Shown: positions 43,027 to 54,468 of the stretch, piece after piece
How positions within the stretch are numbered: position 1 is the first letter of the stretch
Layout of the letters: each line of letters starts with the position of its first letter
NCBI GenBank assembly: GCA_965153285.1
Contig: OZ229110.1
DNA: 64,000 nt
Strand: one strand, 5' to 3'
From: Podarcis tiliguerta
Lineage: Eukaryota
The notes under the pieces: generated by a model
Told to the model about the DNA's origin: nothing
Databases searched by the model: none
The model's input: the letters and a program-made list of their open reading frames with translations, nothing else
Made by a program: the position numbers and the translations under genes

Positions 43027-45426
43027 GTAAAGGTTATATAGAGCCTTTCAAATCAGAAGCAGTATGCCAGTGAATATCAGTCACTGGGAAGCAATGGAGT
43101 ATTGCCTTCAAGCTCTGCTCGCAGACTTCCAAAATATATAGGGTTGGCTACTGTGGGAAGCAGGACACTGGGATAGCTACCTTTGGTCTGATCCAGCATA
43201 CCTATTCTTACAATAGTGGGAACTTCATGAATGTGCAGGACTCTGCCTTTCTCTAGAAATCCATCTGGGCTCAAATAGGCACATGAAGATACACGTTAAT
43301 TCCAATGTAGGCAGCAGATGCACATACACAAAAGAATTCAGTTGCAGTTGTTAGTGTGACTAAATGAACGGATTTGCCACTGCAGACTATAGTGCAAGCA
43401 TGTTTTATGAAGAGGAGTGGGGAAAGTGACAACAGGACCCATTTGGGAATCCAAGAGTCATAGCTCCTGTTCTCCACATCCGTAACATAGAAGTGCACAA
43501 AGAGACAATTCATAGCTTATTTCTCCGCTGGCCATCCTGCTCATTTCTCATGCTGAATAAAGCAGTTGTCGTTAGCCTAGAGTTTATGGGAACTGAGCAT
43601 GAGATCCTCTCTGATATAGACAATGAGTCAGTGAGAAAGGAATCACAGGCAGCACGGATGGTCTTGGGGACATCTGGTGGCATAATGTGAAAGAAGATGA
43701 AAAAGAATTATTCAAAAGCAGCCACTTCCTTACCTGTAAGGCTCTTGGTTACCACTTAGTTCTGTGCAGAGATTTGTGCTACTTTTTAATGAATTTGCTG
43801 GTTCACCTACCAAAACCTCAACTACCAAATCTCTGATCAGTTTATCAAGATAGTTGACTTTTGTTTAAACCCCACCATGCCAAGATGAAAGTAAATATCC
43901 TTTATATTCACGTCAACACTTTTCACACTCCACTTCTAAAGTCGTGAGCTTTTATTTTTCCTATTTTCTTAAAATTTCAGGAACTGGTGTATTTCTAAGA
44001 ATGACTTTGAGGAGGTGAAAATTAAAACGAATAAGCTCAACTGACTGACAGATTTTCCCCCGAGTTAATCAGACAATCTGTGCCTACAATCTACCAAACA
44101 TATCACACACTCAGAAACTCTAGTTTCCCTACAAGATCTGTCACAAAATATTACTTAATTGCACAAAGGAATGTCTTAACTGCAATATCAGCATATATTG
44201 TAGAAGAAACCAGATACCCTTGAACAGACTGGGGTGACAGCAGAGCGCTGTATTCTCAGCCTCCTTGCAAGGTTCATAAATGAAAATATTAAATAACTTC
44301 TTTCATGTATTCTCTAATCTTCCAACAATGAGAGATAAGACATGTACATTTTCAGAAAAGGAAGAGCATGGCTAACGACAGTGCTTACTTTCTAACATTA
44401 AATATGGTAGGCAACATCATGCCTGCACAGCCATCAACTATGAAAATGCTAATCTCAGATATGAGCGAAATGGTTGTGGTCATGTCATATTTCACATGTA
44501 CAATCATAAGGTACTGGAGATGTGCAAGCAAGACTCAGACACATGAAGGGACTGCAATTCCCAGATTATATATGAATAGCATTCTTAGTGCCTATGGTGG
44601 AATGATTCCTAAGGTAGTTGATTTGAAGATTGCAGCCTTCAGAACTTGAATTCTTCAGAGTCTTCTGACAACATAAACCTGGATATTATACTGTTAAAAA
44701 ATCATACTTCATGCCACTCTCTGAAAACTGGAGGCAGAAATTTCCATACATCCAAGACATATTATTTTCTTGCAATTCACAGTGTATTGCAAGATAACTG
44801 GTGGGGAGAAGGTGTGTGCTCCTGATAAGCTATTATTACAGGTCATTGTCCTAATTAAGTTATTCAAATTGTTTAAAGCAGGCATTCAGACAAAAGCAGT
44901 GGGTGCTATCTACTAAGAACAAATTCTTTATATTACTTGTGCCTTTCCATACAAACACACTTTGCATTTGTATTGCTTACAAACATTATATGACTTACTA
45001 ATTGTATTTATACAAACTAAAACTGCATGAGTGTACCATCATTATTAAGCCATTATTAGAACCTGAACCTTGGCTACTGTGAACCTATATTCTTATTTGT
45101 GTACCACACAAATTGATCTGGCTGGTATGCCTCACCATTACTTTTATACAGCCTATATTGCTATTAACTGAACATCCACTTTAATTTTAACAAAGTGCTA
45201 TCTATAACAAATGACTTGCTTATCTAAGCAGTCCAGCTGCAGCAATATAAAAAAGATTAAAGTTTTCTTACTCTGAGTGAAATTCCAGAGAAATGTTTGA
45301 TTTTCAAACCATTAAATGATAAAAGTCTTTTGCTTCTAAAAATGGGACTACTTGTGTGAAACTCAACACATTTTCACATGTACTTATCACTGTGTGATCT
45401 AGATATATAGCACATTGTTTTCTTAC

Positions 45427-45526
45427 CATAAATGTATGAAATGCCAACAAGTTCAAAAATGGCTATTATAACAAGAGAGTAGGATGCTGCATAGGTGTCC
45501 ACAAGCTGCAACATGTACATTCCACC
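45427..45526 (-). CDS. SLC6A5: SLC6A5 coding exon (~exon 13), 100 nt
   Basis: Acceptor cttttag|GGT, donor G|gtaaga. Encodes [33 protein letters not shown](G). Confidence 0.96.
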
Positions 45527-46128
45527 CTAAAAGTAAACAGGTAATTACTAACAGAAATGCCAAAAGATATTAGGAGATAATGTATGGCAACTCAACCAAC
45601 TAAATATTTTCAGACAGGAAAATGTTTAAATTACTGCTGCTTGCCATCATGTAGCCCACCTACTCTGGAAACACTCTCTGAATTCCATGAACTAAGAAAT
45701 TCCATTATATTTCATTTCCATGTGGAATCTGAGCCCACATGCAAGAGCATTTTATGCATTCTGTCTCATACATTGGCAGATGCATGGTCCAATTCCTTCT
45801 TCCCACCTGATACATACGGGAATGCATTGCATCACAGAACAGATCTGTTCTCAATTAAGATGAAAAATTTAAAAAACGAAGTGCCTGTGGTGTAGAATGT
45901 AATATTCATGATAATAAGATACTGCAAGAATGCAGATATTACCTTAATGCCAAATCATATTTTGTAATCTTGTTAAATCCCACAGTATCACATGTCACAC
46001 ATAAAATTTCACTTTGATCCATGCATTTTGTTTGCAAACCTAATAATCCCATGGACTTCTTCCTACCAATTGTAGGAACAGACCTTGTTGCAATAGGAGA
46101 AATCATGGGGTGTAATGTGTACATATTA

Positions 46129-46275
<147 letters not shown>

Positions 46276-46547
46276 CTAAGGAATATCAAAAAAGAACAAG
46301 TAAGACAATAGTAATCAAACACACAAAAACACATTTTGTTTAACATGGCATATGTAATATTGCTGCTAAAACCACTCTATGAAACAGAAACTGGTATGTA
46401 AGCTCTCTGAAGATCACCTAGTTGACTCTTCTACTCAGCAAAATGTAGATCCCTACACCAAGCTATTCCTGTAAGATTGCACACAATAATCTGCATTAAC
46501 TGTGGGTTAAATAGCAAGCATGAATAAGAAGGTGCAGATGGGACAAC

Positions 46548-46683
46548 GTGTCTGGCTGTTAACCAGAAGGTTGGTGGTTCGAGCCTACCCAGGGAGAGCT
46601 GTGGGCAGGATTCCTGCATTGCAGGGTGTCAGACTAGATGACCCGTGGGGTCCCTTCCAACTCTACAATTCTATGATTCTATG
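46548..46683 (+). mobile_element. 5'-truncated tRNA(Asn)-derived SINE with a CR1-type tail
   Basis: ggctgttaaccagaaggttggtggttcgagcctacccaggg matches the 3' half of tRNA-Asn(GTT), including the B box. Ends gactagatgacc...cccttccaactctacaattctatgattctatg, a CR1 3' octamer tail. Confidence 0.75.
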
Positions 46684-47216
46684 CTGGCCTGCACAATCTA
46701 AATAATCTTTAAAACATACAAAACTACTCAGATAGTGCTGAGTGAAGGGTTGATAAGTTCAAATGATCCACTGGAGCAATTTTACACATACGTTTGTGAC
46801 ATTGGAGATGCAAAACAGTGAAGCAACACAATTCCACATAATGTTTCTGGCCCTCTTGCACCATATGCCTTAAAATGGCAATACTTGATGATTGATGCTG
46901 AAAAGGGTGCCTACTTCCAACACCTACCCTGCCTTTCCAAATACACCCCAAGCAGTCTTGTTTCCAGACATCATCACTTCCTCCAGCTTCATCACCAACC
47001 CACAACTCTACAAAACTGGTTCTCCTTGACCCCTGTGGATCTACATACTTGGAAACATCAGCCTCCTGCTAGGACAATAGTTTACTTCATGACAGTAGGC
47101 TTACCTGCCCCTGGTTTGCCTGATACAGCCAAGTTTGAGCCAACTGCCCTCTAGCCCACAGGTTCCCAAACACCATGTTTCCTTCCCTTCTCCTTCCATT
47201 TTGTATACCCCTCTTA

Positions 47217-47604
47217 TTCCCCTCTTTGAAGCAGTTGTTCTTTCCTGCTCAACAGCCTAGACCTTCTCAATATGACTGGTATTGTTGAGAGACACCAGTA
47301 AGGAGGAGTAATACTAATTAAGTTTTCTAGGCTGTAAACCACGATCCTTACTTTCAAGTACGCACCACAGAGAACACTTTTGAGCAGAGGTGCATGATAC
47401 CAACCTTCTAAGGCTGCAGTCCTATGCATTTTTATCATTAATATTGGTGAGGCTTACTTCTGAGTAAGTATGCATGGAATCAGCTGCATGACACCTCAAT
47501 CCCCCTCCGTTGAAACAGAAGTCTTCTTTCCTCCTCAGCAGCCTAGATACTCTCAATATGAGTGGTAACATTGAGAGACACCAAATAAGGATGGGTAAAA
47601 CCAA
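47217..47604 (+). repeat. Diverged ~100-bp local direct duplication (47217-47320 and 47500-47604)
   Basis: ttctttcctgctcaacagcctagaccttctcaatatgactggtattgttgagagacaccagtaagga versus ttctttcctcctcagcagcctagatactctcaatatgagtggtaacattgagagacaccaaataagga. Confidence 0.8.
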
Positions 47605-48066
47605 TACAACAGGAGGGAAATAATTAGGACCCTCAACAATTTTCAGGTGGTCTATGGAATGAAGGGGGTTTGGAACCACTGTCTAGCCCCTTCCATGAAG
47701 TGAAAACCTCCACTTTGATTTTGGCTCAAGCTTGGTCACAGTATGTGGGTCACTCTCTTTACAGGTCTGCCTGATTAACACCTTTCTGTTTCTTCTTCGA
47801 TCCCAAAGGCAACTTGAATGTGGTAATTAACTTCTGCATGGCTCCTGCTGTGACATATTTCCACAGACGTCAATTCTAGCACTGGGGTTTAACCTCAAAA
47901 TCAGTTTTGGCTCTAATCCTACACACACTTACCTGGGATTAAGTCCCACTGAACTCAGTCGGATTTATTTCTAAGCAGACATGCATACAATTGTACTGCC
48001 TGTATGTTTATTTTGCCTGAAAACCTTGGGTATGTGCTAGGCTCCTGCTTGTAACCAGTTACGTTA

Positions 48067-48279
<213 letters not shown>

Positions 48280-49156
48280 TTATCTGTTGATTGATAATAA
48301 AAAAAATTATTATGAAAGACATCCACTGTCCCTCATTAATCCTACTGGTTTTAATTGAGGCACAAACACAATTCCTTTTTCGGTGAAAAGCCTTCTTCAT
48401 TGTCACTTTGTGTTTTATTTACAGGAGACAGATTCCCCTTCCCCAACAGTGTTTTTTTTGCACTACATTGTAATGCAGTAGGGCTGGTATAATTCAGCAG
48501 CAAGAGAGTTAATTTAAGTAGGTACTTCACAAAATGTTTGGGAACTATGACAAGCATTAAAAGAATTGTTGGTTGAAGATTATTTTTATTTCTGTGATGT
48601 GATGCAAGCAACTCTCTTTAAAACCTGCTGCTAACTGCCAGCTTTTCTGCGCAAGAAGGCTTAGGGGACCTTATATATTCATAAGCATGCTCTTTCATCT
48701 CTTGATTAAAGATTTCTTCTTGACTACTATAGATAAGGCGGCTGTTTGCACTAGCTTCTTACATGTGGAAAGTAAATTAAGGAATCAAAATAATGAGTTT
48801 CTAAAATTCATCATGCCCTCTGGGAAAATTTAATTGCAGAAAATGAAATTTCAGATCCCCCTTGATTTGGACCCCCTAAATTAATGTCAGGCAAGAGTTA
48901 TGGCCACTAAGAGTTGGGCACACATGAGAACAACTGCTGAGTTTCAGAAGTAGAACTCGCTTCCAGATGAGGTCAGTCAGGTCGCCCTCCCTGTACTTAC
49001 TGAATCCTTTTTATTTCAGCAGACTTTAATTAGGATTCAATTAAAGTTATAAAGGATTTTATAACTTTAACTCATTTTTAGTCTTATTGTATTGAGTCTT
49101 TTCTACACTGCTTAGAGACAACTGTGATTAAGTATACAAATTGTTTAAGTAAATAC

Positions 49157-49274
49157 AAGGCTCTCCAGTCTTGTTGGGCTCTGGTTTCCATCAGTCTCAA
49201 CCAACATGGCCAACAATCAGGGGTGGTAGAAGTGCCAACGCAACATCTGGAGGGCTACAAGTTCCCCAGGCCTG
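49157..49274. mobile_element. Degenerate palindromic hAT-like MITE
   Basis: ctctccag...ccatcagtc...catggcca...caacatctggagggctacaagttcccc matches the family above. Confidence 0.55.
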
Positions 49275-49914
49275 TTTTAAGGGGTGTGTAACCCCATCCT
49301 TAACAAGCTGATACTCTATCCCTGGACAGGTAAGCCTTTGACTAATAGCACCTCGTCTAGATTTACGGTAAGTTTAGTTTCCTTACCCTCATCTAGCCCA
49401 TCACTGGCTCCAGAGCCCAATTCAGAACCTCTATGGCTAGATAAGAAACCTCTGGCCTGTGGGCTAGATGTGGCCCTTGGATAATTTCCATATGGCCCTT
49501 CAGGGCATGTCCTCCTTGGCCCACACCTGCAATTTACATCTGAAAATAACCTCATGTTGAGAGCTTTTATCACTCATGCAAATTGTATGCCCAGTCCAGA
49601 ATGGGGTCACAGAGAGGAGCAAATTATTAAAACCGTCCTACCTCCTAGGCCAGGGTCTTGATCCAGACTAGGGACCTCCCATATACAATTTGCATTGCAG
49701 AAAAATCTCCAAGTTACTCCAATAGGAGTTATTTTCCCCAATATACAAACTGGGGCACAGTAAACCCAATCCAGACTGGGATCCTGTGGTAGCGCCCCCA
49801 CCCCAGTATTCTGAATAATGTACATTTGCAGGCTGACTTGCAAACCAGAAAGAAAAAAAACACAACCCATTACCCCATGCTATACCATTCATAAATTGAA
49901 ACAAACTCTCATAC

Positions 49915-50039
49915 CTTGGTCGGCAACATCTTCAATGTCTACTTTGAGCTCATTTGCCATAAAACCAATAACGGAGAAGATGACAAAGCCTGCAAATATA
50001 CTTGTGGCACTGTTGGTACAAGTTACTATCAAGGTGTCC
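49915..50039 (-). CDS. SLC6A5: SLC6A5 coding exon (~exon 10), 125 nt
   Basis: Acceptor tttcttcag|G, donor G|gtatga. Encodes [41 protein letters not shown](G). Confidence 0.96.
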
Positions 50040-50429
50040 CTGAAGAAAGAAAAAGATGAAAGAAAATATGCACAGTAGAAGTAATAGTGGATACATAGAT
50101 AATTTATTCTTTGTGGAACACCAACTCTTAATAGACACAATACAAAAAAACCCCATATTTTAAGTGAAACAACAACATCCAAAAGCTTACTACTGATAAA
50201 AAGACATTCTACTAATATGAAAATAAAAACTTACAAAGTGGTTAGCGGCAATAATTAACTGATTCCATCAAAAAAATATGATATTTCAAAAACTATGGGA
50301 AATCATAACTGTGATCCCACCACACTCTAAAATACCTATTGGTTGAACAAATTGAGTTGCTCATCCTCTCACACATACATATTCTTAGGATGGCAAACTT
50401 CATGTCATCTTTTTGAAGGAGAGATAATA

Positions 50430-51049
50430 CAGGGTGATTCATAATGAAGTATAGTTTCCAGATGCTGTAAGACAGTAACAGGCAACAACACGGACCTCAG
50501 TTGCAAACCGTGAGGTAGATGTACTCATAAAGTTTGTGAGGGAAATGATGTAGGCGATAGCGCACGTGTCACGTGACTAGCCAGGCAAAATGGCTGCGTC
50601 TGCAGTGGAGAAGGTGTTTTGTGTTCTTGAATTGAGCAAAACGGAATCTGTTATTGTTGTGTGAGGCATTTTCTCCTATGATTGGCATGAAAAATTTGAA
50701 ACTTTCTTCTGTGGGGGTACATAAAGGACAAGGTATTCACCCCTCCCCTTCCTGTTGATTTAGCAGAGCTGAAACAGCATATCACAGCCACTTTCACTGC
50801 ACTTAATTCAGATATCTTAACTCGCATTTGAGCAGAAATGGATTACTGGTTTGTGTGTTGTGTGACAAAGGGTGCACACATAGAACATCTGTGACTGTTT
50901 CTGAAAAAACTTTAAACATTCCCCTACAATTCTGTTACAGGTAACATAAGATGTATTGCATTCTTCTTCTTCTTCTTCTTCTTCTTCTTCTTCTTCTTCT
51001 TCTTCTCTATAGTGCATTGAAACTGTATACTTCATTATGAATCACCCTG
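50430..51049 (+). mobile_element. Internally deleted Tc1/mariner DNA transposon (620 bp) with transposase remnants
   Basis: Perfect 24-bp TIRs cagggtgattcataatgaagtata / tatacttcattatgaatcaccctg with TA TSD. N-terminal remnant MAASAVEKVFCVLELSKTESVIVV from 50590. C-terminal remnant FLLWGYIKDKVFTPPLPVDLAELKQHITATFTALNSDILTRI*AEMDYWFVCCVTKGAHIEHL* ends at 50894. Confidence 0.9.
50961..51006. repeat. (TTC)n microsatellite inside the mariner remnant
   Basis: About 15 tandem ttc units; this is the source of the spurious poly-Glu ORF. Confidence 0.95.
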
Positions 51050-51364
51050 TATTATTACCATATCAGACCAAGATCATATTTGAGCATTTGGGCACATATG
51101 CCTAAATGTGAGGCTTATATGTGGGTGGAACAGTGTGGTGTAATAACTATTTTTGAATGTTTGAGGCCCATGTTTGAAGGCGTAGTTGAATAGCTATCAA
51201 CCTCCCTGACAGTTTTGATGAAGTCACTGTCTCTTTCATAAGCTAGATTCAAAAACAAAGTGTTCCTCTGAGCAGGAAGAGTGAAAGACAAACAAGGTAA
51301 TAAAAGCTGCAAGAAATATGGCATGTTTATACAGTTTGCGCACTGTTTTAGGAATGGGGAAAAT

Positions 51365-51510
51365 CAGTGCTTTTTTCTAAAAAAAATGTTTAGGGATACT
51401 CTCATTTTCCTACTCTTATTGAAATACTGCCCCTCAATGAGGCCAAACTTAGATTCACAAAATGTTTAGGGGTATGCGTACCCCTGCGTTCCCCCAGAAA
51501 AAAAGCACTG
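51365..51510. mobile_element. hAT-type MITE (146 bp)
   Basis: TIRs cagtgcttttttt/aaaaaaagcactg with a perfect 8-bp TSD gggaaaat. A shorter related remnant lies at ~39576-39643. Confidence 0.85.
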
Positions 51511-51594
51511 GGGAAAATATATCTGGAAAGAATTTTACATTAGAACAAGACAGTGAGCAATCCTGGAATAAGCACTAAGCAACCAAAATTATAC

Positions 51595-51915
51595 TGTTAT
51601 GTACTCAGTGGTCTGTGTGGCCTGAGCTTGAGTCTGAACTAAGGATTCTGAGCTCCTGTGTTCTGATTCGATACATGATATCCAATCACAGAACACTTCA
51701 GGATTTGGGCCTCTGCCATTGGCCCTTAAACTCTGAGTTACAATTCGCAGCTTGGAAGTTTAGATAGCCAATCATGTTGGGAGTGGGAGTGGCCCAGGCC
51801 TTCAGAAATGAATATAAGCACTTGCTTTGCCCCTGTTTGTTTAGTTCTGTTAGTTCAATAAAGGTTCTTGCTGTTATCACCGTGTCTTGCGTCCTGAGAA
51901 CCCACCTACACTTCA
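51595..51915 (+). mobile_element. Solo LTR (321 bp)
   Basis: TG...CA ends and perfect 5-bp TSD tatac. CCAAT boxes at 51682 and 51768, TATAA at 51813 and AATAAA at 51857, in U3-R-U5 order. Confidence 0.85.
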
Positions 51916-53935
51916 TATACCCTGGAGAAAATTGCTGCTTTTAAGTCCTTGGCCCTTCTTTTAAGGCTAACACTCTTGCTGTTTATGAGAGATTGACACT
52001 TACAAAAACATTTACTTACACTAACTAATGAGCAAAGTCAATGTTCTAGTGCCCCTTACAAAATTTAGGGTAGTAGATTTCCTCCCTTCCCTTTCACTAT
52101 TGCAATGAATATTTCCAGGGAACTTGGGGCCAATTTATATTGCAGCCATGTGTTCAATAGCCTCATCAGTGTTGATACAGAGAGGGCTGGAGGAATTGCT
52201 CCATGGATGCCTGCAGCAACCGGAGATGAAAGGTGCTACATGCACTTGTAAGCTTTGGACATGGGAAGGCTCGTTTTCAGGCAGATATATGCATACGTCA
52301 ATAAATTCATAGCTCAAAAATATAAATGGAGTGATTTCTTCCAAAATAATATCAAATAGTTTTCAGTTTCAATGTCATTTGTTTATCAGATGATGAAAAG
52401 AAATCTAGGAACCTGCCATAAAAAGCACCCTGGGGTTCCTGCAGACCTCTAAGGAAGACTTCCCTTAAGTAATCATTTTTTCCTTCTTGCTGAGACTTGA
52501 TAATGCTAACTACAGAAACAGATTGCTGTGTTCTAACTTTGTTCTAAAGGAAACTTTTCCCCCCCTGGCTCTGGATCAGCATCAGACGGAAATACGGCTC
52601 ACTAAGAAAGCTTATCACTCTCACAGAATGTTAAGCTGGGGTATGTGCTGTAACAGATTGTTACAAATCCAAGATAATTTTTCAGTCTGCACTGAAATGC
52701 ACTGAAGGGGGAAATGTTTAAAATAAAATTTAGCTGTACTGAGGTAAATTATGACATAAAAGCCACTCTACAGCTCTCCTGCTCCTTTTACTTCAAGATA
52801 TTTACTTCACAAACAGGGATAACGGGGGTTGGAGGCATTCTTTTCCACTAATGTCTCTATTTCTGGGGGTCTTAATGTGGCACCTTTGGACACAATTGCA
52901 GCTGCACAGACCTACCAGGTTGCCCATCAAGCTCTTTAGACCCCCTCTGGACCAATTATAAATTATAATGGCCACACAGTCCAAGTTTCTCTTCACTCTC
53001 TCCCATGTTGTCTATGGAGGCCCTGCTACCATTTTGATTCGTTAGCACACTTGGAAAAGAGGAGAGAAAATAGCTCACTGCTGGTGGCATCCAATTACAA
53101 CTGCTGACTCTCCCTTTCTCCGCAGGTAGCATCCAATTAGAAGAGGGAGAACGGTTCTAATAGGATGCTACCTGCAGGGGGCTTTTTGACTCTAAGGAAA
53201 AGAGACAGCAAGAAGGTGGGATTTTTCCTATAGCTGAGTGCAAAAATGAAACATAGGTGCTGAGAGAAGACTAAAAAAAAACACCAGAGCACCAGGGGTT
53301 GGGGGAAGGTGTCCATGTGTGTATAGGTGATCAGGACACATGGAGAAAAACATATGGGGTAAGGGTAAAGTGAGAGGGGGGGAAGAAATCTCGACTTCTC
53401 TGAAATTGGTGGTTTGCTTTCTGTAAAAATTGAGTTAGAGAGTAGAAAACTGTGGGTCAAAGGGGACAATTTTGTATTTGGGGGCTCAGACTACGCATCT
53501 GTACTCAGTTTCATGGGCAAGTTACTTGATCTCAAGTTCATTAGTTTGACATCTGTGGAATGGGTAGTTCTGACTTCTCACACCCACCACAGCAGCTATT
53601 TTGTGAGTGGGCGTACCTCTGTGGCAGCCATTTTTATCATGTCAAATACATTCCCAATATTCCAAAAGTGCCCATGGGCCCAAAAAGGTTGCAGTCCATA
53701 GTTGATCAATTATTGCCAAGTTCATACACAACACTAGTAACTGTTCCCATGCTTCTATAGGAATGCATTCGCTGGGCCTTAAACATGGCATATAAAGATG
53801 ATTCCGTTAGTGTTCTTTAGGTCTCTTCTAGTACACGGCAACACATTTCTGTTTCTGATACTGCTAATTAATGCTCTGGGCTTTCCAAAATCAATGGATA
53901 ATTGTAATATATTTACCTAATTCTAGGCACCAGTG

Positions 53936-54274
53936 TACACCCTCCAACATTTTTCTGATGAAATAGGGATGTCCCATTCCATAATGAGAATTTTACTATT
54001 TATACCCCACACATCTTACTGGGTTGCCCCAGCCACTCTGTGCAGCTTCCACCATATATAAAAAAACATACTAAAACATTTTTAAAAACCTTCCCTATGC
54101 AGGATTGCCTCCAGACAGCTGAGGGATCGGATAACTCCATACCCTCTAACATTTCCCCATTGAAAATAGGGACATCCTAAGAAAAAGTGAGACATTCTGG
54201 GATCAAATCAGAAACCAGGATAGCTTCTCTAAATCAGGGACATCCCTGGAAAATAGGAACACTTGGAAGGTCTG
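53936..54274. mobile_element. Probable non-autonomous DNA-transposon-derived repeat
   Basis: Internal near-repeat accctccaacattttt...gaaatagggatgtcc / accctctaacatttc...gaaaatagggacatcc. The end ttggaaggtctg is roughly inverted to the start. Confidence 0.45.
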
Positions 54275-54326
54275 CCCGTGACTTTCCAGAAGGGGGAGAA
54301 CAGAAAAAAAGTTTCACGTTCAACTC

Positions 54327-54468
54327 TAGGTCAAGATTGGGGAGTCTGTGTCCCTTTATATGTTGTTGAACTATAACTCCCAAAATCCCTGACTGCTGAC
54401 CATACTGGTTGGGGGTGATGAGAGTCAGAATTCAACCACAAGGCCATCCACAGGTTCCCACCACCAGC
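54327..54468. mobile_element. Degenerate palindromic hAT-like MITE
   Basis: tgttgttgaactataactcccaaaatccctgac...ctggttgggggtgatgagagt...caggttcccacc. Confidence 0.55.

Noticed and set aside
46548-46612. Functional tRNA-Asn gene
   Set aside because: The 5' half (acceptor stem, D arm, A box) is missing and the sequence continues into a CR1 tail, so it is a SINE.
49041-49070. 13-bp-stem AT-rich hairpin ttaaagttataaa-ggat-tttataactttaa
   Set aside because: Too short for a pre-miRNA, and it lies in decayed AT-rich, repeat-like sequence.
49287-49611. Possible LTR with tgtaaccccat...atggggtcaca inverted ends
   Set aside because: No target-site duplication and no clear poly(A) or promoter order, so it cannot be supported without a library search.
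50817-51035. Poly-Glu ORF
   Set aside because: Translation of the (TTC)n microsatellite.
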